This document shows positions 11,420 through 24,199 of a stretch of 60,000 bases of DNA, piece after piece. Both the position numbers and the translations under genes were made by a program. The notes under the pieces were generated by a model. The model saw only the letters and a list, made by a program, of their open reading frames with translations, searched no databases and was not told the origin of the DNA. Position 1 is the stretch's first letter. Each line of letters starts with the position of its first letter. The stretch comes from Lama guanicoe (Eukaryota): the NCBI GenBank assembly GCA_013239625.1, contig MU053934.1:11573003-11633002 (forward strand), read 5' to 3'.

Positions 11420-13210
11420 TCAGTGGCCACAGACTGCTTCCTCTTTACAAACATACAATCCATCCAAAACTCTGTGGTCATCATTCCCTGGCTTCGTAAA
11501 GAAGGCTGTTTACACACAGAACCCACATCCGTAAATGCCGCACAATTTAGATTTGCCTGGCTTTGCACTTTCTGTGAATGGCGTGGTTCTGAGTGTGTTC
11601 CATGGCCTGTCTTTTTGTTTGTTTTGTTCCGAGAGCAGCTTTTGCAGAACCACCGCTGTCTGTTACGTGCAGCTGACACGCACTCGTCTTCACGGTGCGT
11701 CACGTCTGTGGCGGGGCCACGCGGGCTCACCCCTTCTCTGTTGGCGGCACTGGGATCGCGTCTGTGTTCTGGCGCCGAGAACATGACAGCTGGGGGGGGT
11801 GTGACTACTGGTGACACTAGATTCTCCAACCCAAGAAGTTGACCTGTTGGCCTGCAGGACACGTGTGGGTCAGGGACACGGTAAGGCCAGCCTGGCTTTT
11901 AGAGCCGGACGAGTCACCCTCCACCAGCGACCAGAGCCTGTGGGAGCTCTGTGTGCACCGCAGGTGCTTGGCCGTGTGCCTGTGTGTGCGTGTGTGCGTG
12001 TGTGTGGGTGTGCCTGTGTGGGCATGTGTGTGTGCACGTGTGCGTGTGTGTGTGTACGGGGAATCTCATCTCACTGAATTTCCGGGCTGAGGCAGAACAT
12101 CGGGCGTCAGCTTGTGTACTGGTGGATCGTCCAGACTTCCCCTTCCATGCCTTCTGCCCGCTTTTCTGCGGGCTTCCTGTTTTCCTGCCTGCCGTGCGGG
12201 AGTTCGCCTGCTTCCCGAGAGTTAATCCACCGTCACTCACACGTTTTGTGACTTTTCGTCCGCCTTTGTAACTTGCTTCCTCGCCTGCCTTATGGCGTCA
12301 GGGGCTGAGCAGCGCGGCTCGATCTTAATATAGTTAAGATCATCAGGCTCTCACTTCCTAGTTGGTGGCTTTTTGTTGTTGTTTGTTTTGGAGTCTTGTT
12401 TAAGAAATGTTTTCATACCCCAAGGGCATAAACTTCCTGTGCTGACTTCTAAAATGCGTTAGTTTATCTTTTACGTTTTGGTCTTTAATTCAAATAGAAT
12501 TAATTTTTATATATGGTATGAATTAGAATCAAATTCCATTTTACTTTTTTGATATGAGAATGACTAGCACTGTTTTTTGAAATATCTGCCCGACTTTTCT
12601 ATTTCTTCCTTTTACCAGGTGACTGCACGCAATTTCGGTTTCTGGTCTGTGTTCTGTTCCACGTAGAAGCAGCTGGTCATGACTCTTCTTTAAAAAAAAT
12701 AAAGAAAAGAAAAACACGTTGGGATGTTCACTGAAACTATATTGAATTTGTAATTTGGCTTCAGGGAAGTCAGTGCCTTTATGAGAGCGCCCCCCCGTCC
12801 ACGCACGTGGCGCACATCCCTCCTAATTCGTAGCGCGAACTGATTTTTTCAGAGATCTGCAGCTTTTTCCGAAAAGGTCTTAGGCTTGTCTTCATGGACT
12901 GTTGCTGGCACCGTAATTGTTTTAAGTTATTGTAAGTGTTGTTATTGTCGAAATGTTTAATTTTATCAGACTGTTGAAATCCGTTGAGAAAAGATACATT
13001 TTGCTCCTGTCTCAGTGTGGACAAAAGCGTAACTGATTTCTGCTGCTCTTTGTTCCTAGGAGAAGCCCACTCAGTAATGCCTGTTTGTTAATAAACTGCT
13101 GTGTTTTTTTGCTTTTATTAAGATCTTTGTGTCTTTATTTATGGATGAAACTGTCCTGTCACACTTTGCTCACAACGTAGTGGTCTTGCTTGAGACCAGT
13201 GTCTTCCTAC
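11420..13210 (-). mobile_element. Old L1ME-type fragments (3' end and ORF2)
   Basis: T-rich antisense L1 motifs such as TTTGCCTGGCTTTGCACTTTCTGTGAATGG, GTCTTGTTTAAGAAATG, GTCTTTAATTC...TAATTTTTATATATGGTATGA and TTCACTGAAACTATATTGAATTTG. Confidence 0.65.
11974..12056. repeat. Imperfect (TG)n microsatellite
   Basis: Read directly. Confidence 0.9.
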
Positions 13211-13399
13211 AACCAAGGTCACAGAAGCCTCTTAAAGTCACCGAGGGAATCACGCCGTAGAGGGTGGAAAGTGTGCATTTTTGTTCCACGAGTGTCGGGG
13301 GGAGTCTGATCTGTGAGCTTCTCCCCCGTGAATATGGCGGAGCCTTGACTGCCGCCCTTTGAAGCTGTTCTCACAACCAGGCGCTGCAGCCCCTCCAGG

Positions 13400-14850
13400 T
13401 TTCTTTGTTTGTTGTTTAAAATTGTTTAGGCTGCTCAGTAAATTTTCTACGTAAATTTTAGAATCAGCCTGTCTATGCCTCTACAAAAACATTGTGGTGG
13501 ACTTCCAACCGGACTTAATTTAAATCCGTAGGTAAACTGGGGGAACTGGCATGTTCCCTATCTGAGTCCCCCAGCGTGTCAGCACCCTCTGCCTCTCCGC
13601 TTTTAGGTCTTCTCTGACTATTTCCACCAGCACTTCAGCACAAAGACGCTATCCGTGTTGCGTTCGCTTTTTCCCTAAGCGTCTCGTTTTTAAGTTGCCA
13701 TACGTGGCGCTGTTTTACTAATTTCCGACTTCAGTTGTTCGCTGCCAGTGTGTAGAAATGTGGTTTCCTCTGATCCCAAATATTCCCTTCATTTTACTTG
13801 CTTTTGATTCCTTTGCTCACTTTCTTCTAATTTCTTAAAGTAAAAACATCTTACTAATTTTAGACTCATTTTCTTTCTAATATAAGTGATTAATTCCATT
13901 AATTTCCTTCTTAGCAACTCCTTCAGCTACATACTACAAACTCTGATATGATGAATTTTTAATATCTGTTCAGTTCAAAAGGTTCTCAAATTTTCGTTGA
14001 GGCTGCCTCTTGACCCACAGAATAATGTAGAAGTGGGTTATTTAATTTCCAAGTGTTTCGACATGTTCCTGGCATTTTTCTGTTATTGAAATTTTGATGC
14101 CTTTGTGATCGGAGAACATGCTTTGTGTGATTCCGTTACTTAAACTGGGCCGTGGCTGGTTTCTCAGCAGGACGTGGTCTGTCTTGGCGAACGTCCCCTG
14201 TGCGTTGAAAGGAGCGCGTGTTCCGCTGCTGTCGGGGGCCAGCTGCTGGGTGGCGCTGGCCAGGCCCCCTCCAGCGTCTCTGATGTCCCGACCGCCAGGT
14301 CTGTCAGCGACTGAGGCGGGAGTGTTGGGGTTTCCGCTGTGACTGAACTTCTCCACGTAGCCTTTCAGTTTTATGCGTCCGAAGCTGTGTCTGCAGGTGC
14401 ACACACGTTCAGTGTTGCTGTCGTGTCCTGTTGGTGGGGCGACCCCTTGGTCCTCACGTGACGTGGCTCTTTGTTGTGGCTTCATGTTTGCTTACTTTGA
14501 CGCCTTCCCTGTTTGGTGGGAACAGAGCTACGTCACTCAGCTTTCTTTTGATTTGTTTCCATCTCACACCCAGGCTCCGTCTTCTCACTTCTGCACCAAG
14601 TGTATCATTTTGTTTGAAATGAGTTTCTTGCAGATAATGCACCTGGGTCAGGTTTTTCTGTCCATTCTGATAATGTCCATCGTCTGTTCAAACAGTTTGC
14701 CATTCAGAAATAATCGATATGTTTAGATGTGTGTCTGCCATTTTGTCATTTGTTTTCTGTTTGTTCCAACTGTCTTTCCTCTGTTTCTCTTCTCCTCCTT
14801 TCTTCGATCATCTGAACAATTAATATTCCATTTTAGTTTTTAATTCCTTC
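13400..14850 (-). mobile_element. Old LINE-1 ORF2 remnant including the endonuclease domain
   Basis: Minus-strand ORFs give HYLQETHFKQNDT and FNAQGTFAKTDHVL...TQSMFSDHKGIKI, matching the L1 APE-type endonuclease motifs CLQETH, HGTFSKIDH and FSDHNGIKL. Confidence 0.85.
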
Positions 14851-14899
14851 CCCATCTCTTTCTGCAACATCTCCAGTCCTTCCTAGTCCCCAGAGTTCC

Positions 14900-15520
14900 C
14901 CCTTTTTATCTTCAAGCCAGAAATCTGGGCCTTTACAGACTCTCTCTGGCTGCACACAGCCCTCAGGTGCACCTGCTTTTGGAACCAAAGTGGAAGGAGA
15001 TGAGAGACGGGAAAAAAGCAGTGGTATTCAGCCAGCTCCTTTGGCCCCGAGCACGTCTGCTCACACAGGGAGCCCTCCTGCCTCAGCGCTGTGGGTGCCA
15101 CCTCTGTCCTTGCTGTCCCTAAGGCTGCCCCCCGCTGACACCGTCTGCATCAGGGGCTTGCAGTGACACAGCACAGATAAAGCAACAATGGGGACTCCCC
15201 CGTTTCTCCAGTGCGAGGCGACCCCTGTCCTTGAAGCAGCACTAGAGGGCTCTCCCAGAGCCTTGTCTGGGTTTCATGCTGCCCTGGGTCCAGGTCGGGA
15301 GATGCTGAAGAATGCACACGGTGCGTGGGGGGACCGCTATCTTAGTCGCCCTTTGGATTCTGGCTTTCTTCCCCAATCCACCTGCCGCCGTGGACTTCCA
15401 GAGCCTTCAGAGGGCTGCCCAGGCATCGTGTCCACGTCGGTAATAATGTTTAAAGGGATAAACAGGATCCAGCAGGAGGACTCCACCCAACCCAGGGCCA
15501 GCAGCCACACTGGCCCGCAA
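14900..15520 (-). mobile_element. Probable old L1M 5' UTR remnant
   Basis: CCCCAATCCACCTGC...TTCCAGAGCCTTCAGA...TGTCCA...GGGATAAACAGG...ACTCCACC resembles antisense L1M 5' termini, and it lies 5' of the endonuclease fragment on the same strand. Confidence 0.45.
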
Positions 15521-15554
15521 AACACTGACAGCATTCACATCGGCCCTGAGCCTT

Positions 15555-16330
15555 TTTTTTGAATAGATTCACATCAAGTTCTTATTTTCTATCATAATTT
15601 TGAATCAGGTATGTCAGCCATTTGTAGGAGCCTGTGTGTGTGTAATCAATTCATGTCTTAATTTACCTTAATTCCGGAAGATACGGTTCTGTATTCTTGG
15701 TTTTCCAAAACCAGCAAACATTTTCTTTGTTGTTGTTAAGAATTCTCCTTTCCTACGGTTTAGACCACTTTAAAGACGCAGTTCTCCTAAGGCGCTTGTT
15801 GCAAACTTCAGCGCACTCTGAACTAACGTGACCAGCAAGACCAACGGCCGAGCTCTGACTCTGACTGAAGTGGCTTTAACGTTTTTGCTACATTTACATC
15901 TGCTGTTGCTCTTGGTAAATAGTCTTAGCTGCATTAAGAAAGCGTCTTTGTATTGCTGTATTATATAGCAATTATTAGAATGCGTGCAGATCTAATAAAA
16001 TTCCTCTCCAGATCTTTTTAAGCAATTTTGCTCTGTTTCTCGTCTAATTCATCTTGGAATGGATGAAGCTGGTGAGTAGTCTGATGGTAAACTGCATCTG
16101 TGTTTCTGGGATAAACCCTCCGTTGTTGCTTTGTTTTATTCTCCGGATGCATTTCCGTATGCCACGGGCTTACTCGCTGCTTAGCGCTTCTGACATCCAC
16201 GTCATGGTCAGGGCACTGGTTTTAAGGTGTGTGTATTAGGTTTGTTTTCAAAAGTGGAGTCGAGTGATTGTTACCGTTTTCCGTGACACGGCTTTAATGA
16301 TGCTGTAATGACCAGTAGTGAGGCAGGTTT
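15555..16330 (-). mobile_element. Further old L1 ORF2 fragments
   Basis: TGCATCTGTGTTTCTGGGATAAACCCT and GCTTCTGACATCCACGTCATGG match antisense L1 RT-region motifs. Confidence 0.5.
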
Positions 16331-16374
16331 CAGAGCTGCAGAGTCGTCTGGCCCTGGAGCCTTGCTGAGGGCGA

Positions 16375-16560
16375 TCTTTTTATGGACGTGCAGCCTGTTT
16401 ACAACATTGTGTTAGTTTCCAGTGGGCAGCGCAGTGATTCGGTCATACACGTGTGTTCTTCTTCATATTCTTTCTCATCATAGGTTATTACCAGCTTGTT
16501 ACATATAGTTCCCCGTGCTGTGCAGCGGGGCCTGCTGTTTACCTACTTTATACGGCAGTT
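16375..16560 (-). mobile_element. Short younger cetartiodactyl L1 3' end
   Basis: TTTACAACATTGTGTTAGTTTCCAG...CAGTGATTCGGTCATACA...TATAGTTCCCCGTGCTGTGCAG, the same family type as 1537-2008. Confidence 0.8.
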
Positions 16561-17668
16561 TGTGCTGGAAGCAACATTTTTAAAGCAACTTTCCGGGGCT
16601 TCCACTGCTTCCTGGGCTGAGGCCTGCGGCTTCCGCTTGTCTGAGTCGCCACGTGACACAGCGGTTGTCAGGCTGCGGACAGATCTAGTAAATTCATTCC
16701 CAGATTCTCAAAGGCGAGTGTTTCCTCTGTGGCTCCAGTTTTACTTCTGTGAGCACACTGCCCTCGGCCCCAGGCCCCTCCTGGCTCTGGCCCAGCTGTG
16801 GCCTCACCCCCGCGTCACCAGGACTCCTCAGGTCACAGCGCCTGCCCACCCAGGACGGTGACGCCCCCACCTGTAGGCCTGCTCTCCGGGCGCCAGGACC
16901 CCTGGCCCCTCAGCAAGGGCCCCAGTTCCAGGGCCTCAGTGGTCTTTGGCGGTCTTCTCCCGAGGGTGGCCTGAGATGCACACCCCCGGGCTGCTGCGGG
17001 GGTCAGAGGGCAGCGGTTTGCAGGTTGCAGGACCTGGGACTCGGCACCTGGCGTTGCCGCAGGATTTGGCAGGGCCCTTGGAGCAGGACAGAGTGGCGGG
17101 GGGAGCGGGCTGACAGAGTGTCCGGTGGTCTAGGCATCTGAGCTGAGCCTGGTCTTGTAGGCAGGAAGGAATTTTGTCGAGGGGGGCAAGTGGGAATGTG
17201 TTTTATGGTCTGTTCGCTTGATTTATTCTCTATGACTATTTAACCATGGAATTTGTGGGTCTTCATTTACATCACCCATTGAACCAGAGCAAAACTTTGT
17301 TCTGGGGCCCAACAGATGGTAGGGAAGGCCAAGGCCCATGGCCTCCAAGGGCAGAAGCTGCAGGACACACCGCAGGTCTGTGGTGCTGACTCCTGGGGGT
17401 GGGGCGGGGTTCAGACTCTCGCAGGGGAGGCGCAGGCACAGTGACGGGGAGCTGGGTTGTCGGCCACGGAAGCGGGTTCGACGAGCACCTGTGGGTTGAG
17501 CCCCTCCCTGCTTCACACCTGATGGTCCTCCTAGTCTCTCACGCGGCTCCGCGGGGCTCACCTACTCACGGATCTGTTCAAAGACGTAGCTGTCGGATGG
17601 GCGCACGTTGCCGCTACTTTTTTGTCTGGGCCTAGTTTGGGATCTCCTGATTTGTCTTTTTTTAAGTC

Positions 17669-17722
17669 ACTTTTTTAATTGAAGTGTGGTCAGTTTATAA
17701 TGTTGTGTCAATTTCTGGTGAG
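17669..17722 (-). mobile_element. Very short L1 3' terminus
   Basis: TTTTTTAATTGAAGTGTGGTCAGTTTATAATGTTGTGTCAATTTCTGGTG. Confidence 0.7.
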
Positions 17723-18239
17723 TTCGGTCGTGTTATTGATCTCTCTTTGCTTCTCCCTGCTCCTTAACTGTCTCTCTCTGGCATGAAATACCCAGTTACC
17801 AGCACCCTGTTCAACCAGGACGGCCCGCGCGGCCCCCGCACGCGCGGAGGACCCTCCCACCCCGAGGACGTCCAGCCAGTTTGCGGAGGAGGGTCTCTTC
17901 TCCGCGTCCTTTGAGGCCAGCGGGGCACTCGGGGGCGCCCTGGCACGTGGAGCCAAGAGTCTAGGAAGGGCCTCCTTCCTCCCCAGGGCCCTCAGAGCTG
18001 CGCTCACCGTGGCATCGTGTAATTTGAATTCCATCGGCTCAGAGCTGGAGAAAAGGCTGCGACACCGCAGCCAACGTCCGTGCTTACTCTATTGGCTCTG
18101 AAATGTATGACCGGCTTTGAAGACAATCCACAAATATGAGGAAAGCGTAGATTCTAATAAAAGGTCAGTACGTGTCTGCTGAAGCCCACTGCTTTGCGGC
18201 ATCGCTCAGGCCTCTGGCCCGTCGTCCAGGGTCTGTGCT

Positions 18240-19000
18240 CACTCTTGGGCTCCTCGCTCCAGGTCACGTATTTGTCACCATTTTTGCTTTATTTTCTTAA
18301 CTAGCCGCTGCAGGTCTCTGGGGCACACGAGTCTGAGACTGTGAACAGTTACTTACAGCTCGTGCCCCTTGGAATTGGCTCACATCACAGGTCTGTGACT
18401 GTTCACTGCATTTCAGCTCAAATTCTAAAATTCCACATGGCACATGGATATTAAAATGAACGTCTGCTTTTTAAAAAAAAACATTTGCATCTACATGGAA
18501 TTTTTGTCCACTTCAGTACTTAGTCTTCTTAAATGTGTTTCATGCCGGGTGCAGGTAACTAGTTTTGGGTTTGGAGCTGTTCCCCCCACCCCGGCTTGTT
18601 ATTGCAGCGGAGAATTCGGTCTGACAGCATTTAGCGTCAACAGCTGGTGGACGGGCTGCTCCTCCTCCAGCTCCTTTGGGGACAGTCCTGGGCCCCTCTG
18701 TGTGGTCTCCCTCATCATTATTACTGTGATAATTGCCTTTAAATGACATAATCTTTATGATTATAATCGTTCATTTTATAATATGGATGTAAATCATTAA
18801 CTCTATAACAAAATCATCACCTCGTTGGTCTGCCCAAACTGTTACCCGACGCTGTTTTTCCATTTTTGAACTTAGGAGTCCTCCTGCCCTGTTTCCATCT
18901 GCGAAACGGTCTCTTACTCTACAGTCAAATAAATGCAGAATGGTGGACTCTCTCCCATGAAGACTCAGTTCCCTGCTTCTTCCAGACAAGCCATTTCTAG
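18240..19000 (-). mobile_element. Highly diverged L1M fragments
   Basis: T-rich patches resembling the antisense ORF2 5' region and inter-ORF region. Confidence 0.35.
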
Positions 19001-19369
19001 ACTCTTCTTGCTCCCTGTCCCCCAAGCTGGGCCTCTCTGGCGAGCTCCGGTCCTCTGTCTCCCCGGCCCCGCCTCAGGTGTGGCGGGTTGGCTTCGGACC
19101 CCGGTGCCCGCAGACCAGCGCTGCAGGGGGGCGTCCACTGCGCGCAGTGCCCGTGGCCCGAGGGCACCACGCACCACACCCCACCGGCCGGCAGGGCGTG
19201 ATGGGGACGTCGCCCCGCCCCGCTGACAGCGCTGTCCGCTCCCAGGTCCTCCTCCGCCGCGCAGCCCTTGGGGCGCCCGGCGGTTTCTGGGCGGGAGCAG
19301 GCGTCATTCTGCCCTGAGAGCTGCCCCTTCCTGCTGGGACTCTGGACCCGCCCGCCCCCCCAACACCGG

Positions 19370-19860
19370 TTCTTCTGAAGGATTCTGAGATGCTCCCTTT
19401 ATCCTTGGATTCCAGGGATTTTCCCAGAATACATACAAGTGTTTACCATCTTCTCAGAATCCCGCCTGGGATTCAGTGAGACTGGACCAGCCAACCGCAG
19501 CCCTCAGCAGTGGGAGGCTAGCTCTCGTCTGTTTCGTTACTGGCTGGCCTTCGTTTCCCCAGAAACCCCATCATCTGGATGTTCGGTCTCTTAAATCTGT
19601 TCTCTGAATCTGATTTTTTCACTGGAGTTTTTCTTTTAATTTATTTATTTACTTTTTTATTTTGGTGTTTTGCTGCTTCTTCCACGTTCTCTCCCAGGAC
19701 AGTCCTCGGCGGCTCAGCAGTGACTGTCCTCTCCGTCTGCTGGGCTTTTAGTAAGAAGCATTATTTCGCGTTTCCGGGAAGTGTCCTTTCTGCTGCACGT
19801 GGCCCCTCAAGTGCATTCATTGCATTTTTGTCCGGGTTTCGTCTTTCTCCCCAGCTCCTC
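19370..19860 (-). mobile_element. Diverged L1M ORF1-region fragment
   Basis: CCTTTATCCTTGGATTCCAGGGATTTTCCCAGAATACAT and CATCTGGATGTTCGGTCTCTTAAATCTGTTCTCT resemble antisense old L1 ORF1. Confidence 0.45.
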
Positions 19861-20654
19861 CGTCCCGTGGGGGCCCGCCCGGGGTTCTGTCTGCTTCCCT
19901 GCCTCTGGCGGCCCCCGTGCAAGGAGCCGTCAGCCGTGACTGGGGACAAGGGGCTCAGCCTGGGGGGAGCCCTCCACACTCTCCTCCTGGGCAGCAGAAG
20001 GGGCCGTCTGGCCGGGATTGGGGGTGGGGTGGGGGGAGGGGGAGGAGCTGGAGCTCCTGTGTTCCCCACGTCGGTCTTGAAGCCTCTGCCTCTCCAGGCG
20101 TCTTCCCAGCCCACATCCCACTTGTCCTGATAAAACCCTCTAACAAATTGAGCAAACGGGTCTTGGCGGTGCCTTCCCGCCCCCTGCGCCACTCCAGCCA
20201 GAGCAGCCTCCCCGCTACTTTTCCCGGAACTGCTGTCTCTGCCCAGGCCCCCCTTTCTAATTCCCCACCTGCTCTGCCCACCAAGGACCTTCCCTCCCAG
20301 GGTGCTGGGGGGGCGGTGCCAAAATAGGGACTGGCCCAGAAGAGGAGGGTCTGTGGACGCCCGTCCCAGGGCAGCGGGAGTGCCCGTGCCCTGGGCTCCC
20401 TGAGACTCTGCTGCTGAGACAGGCCGGGAGGGGTTCTGAGTCACAGCCCAGGACAGACACCCTGGACGCACAGCTGAAAAAGACAGCAAGGCTTAGAAGG
20501 CTCGAGGGACAGCCCAGGTCACAGCAGGCCTGCTGGTGTCTGTTTCAGTCGTCGCGGGAAAACCGCCCCCAGAGAGATGCCAGCTGGGGGGACGTGGGTG
20601 GGGGGACGGAGGGGATAAACTCACACTCACAAGCCAGACACGATTTCACAGTTG

Positions 20655-20706
20655 TATGTGCACAGGTGTGTGTGCACAGGTGTGTGTGCATGCAGGTGTG
20701 CATGAC
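20655..20706. repeat. TG/TGCA low-complexity repeat (TGTGCACAGGTGTG units)
   Basis: Read directly. Confidence 0.8.
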
Positions 20707-22344
20707 CACATGGCAGATTACCAAGTACCTGCGGGCTGAGCACTGCGGGGAGCCCCTGGCCCTCGGAAGACCCCCAGGAGTGGGCGAGGGGAGGGCGTCT
20801 GCGGCTGAGCCTCTCAGGGTGTGGTGTGAAGGCGGCAGATTCCTGAGCCCAAGACCCCGCCTCTTACCCCCGCCCCCCAGACAGCACCGTGTCATCTAAG
20901 CCCGGGGAACGCAGATCCGGAGGCGCTGACCAGTGGTCATTTCCCACAAGGGAGACACCTGGGCCCGGAGGCTGGCAGCCTTTCACCGCCCAGATGGGCT
21001 ACCTGGGGGTGGGGACGGGTGGTCACAATGCCCGGCAGCAGGGAATAAGTGCAGGGGCTGGGGCTTGATCAGAGGGTCCCAGCCACGGTTCAGGGCCAGG
21101 GCCCCAGGGCCTCCCACACCCAGAACCTGCACCCCACGTGCCCAGACACTGACCTCATTCCCCTGCGTCGTCCCAAAACAATTCGTTTTGCCGTGGACCG
21201 CTGCGGCAGACATGGGGCCACTTCACTGTGCTGTGGGGTTTCCTCTCTGGCTGCACCTCCCTCTGGGCGCCTCATGTACCCTCTGCCCCCACACTGACTC
21301 CGGGGACACCGCCCCCAGGAAGCCTCCCTCGGTGCCCTCTGACTCTGGACCACTGTGTCTCGGAGCCCATGTTGGCGGTCGGCCCTTGACTTCCGCTTAC
21401 AGGGCGGAGGGATCCCTGAGGACGGAGACCATGACTGGACTCACCTTGGCAGGAGACACAGTGTCTGCACAGAGCAGTGACTCAGTACATTTTTGGGGTT
21501 TAATTCACCCAGTTTTGTCATTAAAAGAGAACTGTTCTCCTGCAGGAGGCGTCCCAGCTGAACTGGCTGCCTGAAATCCTCTCTGGAAGGAGAGACAGCC
21601 TTTACCTTCCCGGTCTCGCAGGCGGCACCACTCTAAGCCCATGCAGTTAACTTCCCAGCCCCCAAGGTGGTCTGATTTGAGTCCAACGGCATTGTTTCAG
21701 GATTTCCTCTCAGGTTTTCTTTAATTCCTCAGCCTCCTTCAGAACCAGCACAGAGACGCGAGCCTTGCCAGGAAAGGAGGTCTCATCCACGTCCCTGCCG
21801 TGCCCCGAGTCACGCCGGACAGTCTCCTCAGCACAGGTGCCCCAGCCCCCGTCACGGCCAAGCCAGCCCCGCGGAGCGCCTCTGGTGGGGATGGAGACAC
21901 TGCGTTTCGCGAGTTTGTCCGAGCTGAGTCCCATAGGGCCTCCCGAGCCGGCCGGGGCGCTCCTGCCTCTTGAAAGAGCTCTCGGCGGAAATGCCTGAGG
22001 GAGGAAGAAACTGACTCCACTGCTGATGGACACGTGTGCGCCTCAGTCAGCCCGGAACCACTCCAGCTGCTCTGGGTCCTGCGGTGCTTCCTCGCAGGAC
22101 CTGCCGTGTGTGCTCTGGCCCGGGAACACATCTGGCGCGAGCTCCCGGCACATCCCAGCCCTGGCAGCCGCTCCTGTCCTGGGGAGGCTGGGGACCTGCC
22201 CGCGGGCCGTGGGACCGTCCCTGCGATGCGCTCGCTGCCGGTCAGGAGCCAAGAGCTAAATGCACAGCACGAGAAGACGGGAGGGTTCTGGTCGGGGCTC
22301 TCTTCTCCCTGCAGGCGATGCTCTGACGCCATCCCTCTCTCCGT

Positions 22345-23064
22345 CTAGAAGTCACAGGGTCATTCTGACTCCACGCGCCCTCCTCTCCTGACCTCCCATC
22401 CGTCAGTAAGTCTTCTCTGCTTCACGCCCTTCATGTCTCCCAGCAGCACTGTTTCTCCCATGTCTGTCACCGCACCGGCCCCAGCCGCTGGCCCCTCTCC
22501 CTGGGACGGCACGGAGGCTCCAGCCGTCAGACCCCGTGCAGCTAGCCCACCTTGGCAGGTGGGACCAGAGTCTCCCCCGCGCTCAGACCACAAGCCTGGT
22601 CATGCCCTTCACCCCTAGTCCTGCAGGTTTTACAGCCCACTGTTTCTCACCTTCATCCCCTGGTGCCTCCCACCCTGGGAGCAGATCGTGATCCACAGGG
22701 ACTCCCGTTCGGCTTCTGCTGGGTCTCCTCCCCTTGCGCCTCACCTCGCTAACTTCCCGGCCTGGGAATGCGCGCTTCACCGTCCCTGGAGACCTGCCAC
22801 ACTCCTCTCAACGGCCTCGAGCCACTGCCCCACTGGCATCAGGCGGCGAACGCGACCCACCCTGGCCTTCGTGCCTTTGCCGGCTCTGTTCCCTCCACCA
22901 GTGGCCTGGCGCCTCCGTCCCTTGTGCCCGCCTTCCAGGCTCAGCTCCACACCCTCCCCTGCAGGAAGGCCCCCCCAACCGGGACGGCATCATCCATGCA
23001 CCTCCCGTGCTGCTGGCTTTCCCACGTTACCTCGGAATTACGTTTTGTTTCCCCACTAAGATGG
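22345..23064 (+). mobile_element. L2 LINE 3' remnant
   Basis: GGGTCATTCTGACTCC...CCATCCGTCAGTAAGTCTT, GCCTTTGCCGGCTCTGTTCCCTCCACC, CCTTCCAGGCTCAGCTC...CAGGAAGGCC and TTTCCCCACTAAGA occur in the same order as in the L2 consensus. Confidence 0.6.
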
Positions 23065-23530
23065 TGTTGATTGACATAAATGTACAGCCTCAAAGATGAG
23101 AGTCATGTTTTTCAAAGATGAGACTTTCTGCGGACGAGCCCGGAGGCGGCCCCTCAGGTCCCCGAGGGACCGCGCCGCAGAGGTGGGGAGGAGCCAGAAT
23201 GGACAGGAGTTTCACAACAAAGGCCTCAGGTAGTCGGAACCTCAAAAGATGGCTGTTAATAGAGAAAACCACACATCGTAAGGGAAAGAATTCAGTGCTT
23301 GTCTGTGTCGGGGGAGGCGCAGAGGCCTGGGCTCGCTGGAATCATCCCCTGGAGGAGTGCCGAGCTCTCCAGGGCGTGTCCTGTCCCTGCGCATCCGAGC
23401 CCGCCGGGCGGCCGCAGCGCGGGCTGCCTGCCCGTCTGCCCGCTGAGCTGGATGGTGACCTGCCGGCCGCGGCAGCCTTTGCTGGTGGATACAGCTGCAG
23501 TATTCCTCGTTCACCATGGCAGGAAATAAG
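23065..23530 (-). mobile_element. ERV1-type solo LTR (MER41-like laurasiatherian family)
   Basis: Starts TGTTGATTGAC and contains GGGGAGGAGCCAGAAT, CAGGTAGTCGGAACCTCAAAAGAT and GAATTCAGTGCTTGTCTGTG...CTGGGCTCGCTGGAATCAT. The right end is eroded. Confidence 0.7.
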
Positions 23531-24199
23531 AAGTAAAGAAATGGTCAGAAAGCTCAGAATCGTAAAACTCACTGCGTGCGTGGGAGGAGGGTAACCAGCC
23601 CGAGAGGGAGAAAAACAAGCCAGCTGCTCCATCCCCGGAGAGCGCGCGGCGGTCGGCTCCCGTGCGTGAGGAGGGCACCTGCACGTCCCCCGAGGTGGAC
23701 GTGTGCGCGGGCGCGGTCACGGCGGCAGGAAGGACGGCGGCGTCGGGCAGGGGAGGGGCTCCGCCTGTGTGCACGGGGGCCTTGTGTGCTGGGCACCCCC
23801 TTCCTGGGCAGGTGGCCGGGAGACGGCCACTTCACGTCGCGGCTGGTGGGGAGCGAGGGGGCGAGCTGCTCGCGTAGTCTCCTTCGTCACCTCATCCTAA
23901 TAACAAACGCTGAGGCTATGTTCTCGGTCCAGCTGAGTCTTTATTCAAAGCTCTCTTTAAAGTGTGAAACTTGAAATAATTTACATGTGCACAAAATACA
24001 GATGGTTACACGCTGTGACCACTTGATCATCCATGTCTCAGTAGAGGACACTTTTCTTTTACTTCACTTTGTCTTCTGGCATCTGGAACCCTTGCGGGGC
24101 TCTCTCTCCTGCAGGTCTTGGGGGCACAAGGCCCAGCGGAGCCGGGCCGGGGCTCACACCTGCAGGGGGGTGACTGAGGGGGCCCAGAGTCCTGACGAC

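Noticed and set aside
21710..22033. VDETSF motif hinting at a Tigger/pogo transposase
   Set aside because: Only a 3-residue DET match, with no other DDE-family motifs or terminal inverted repeats seen.
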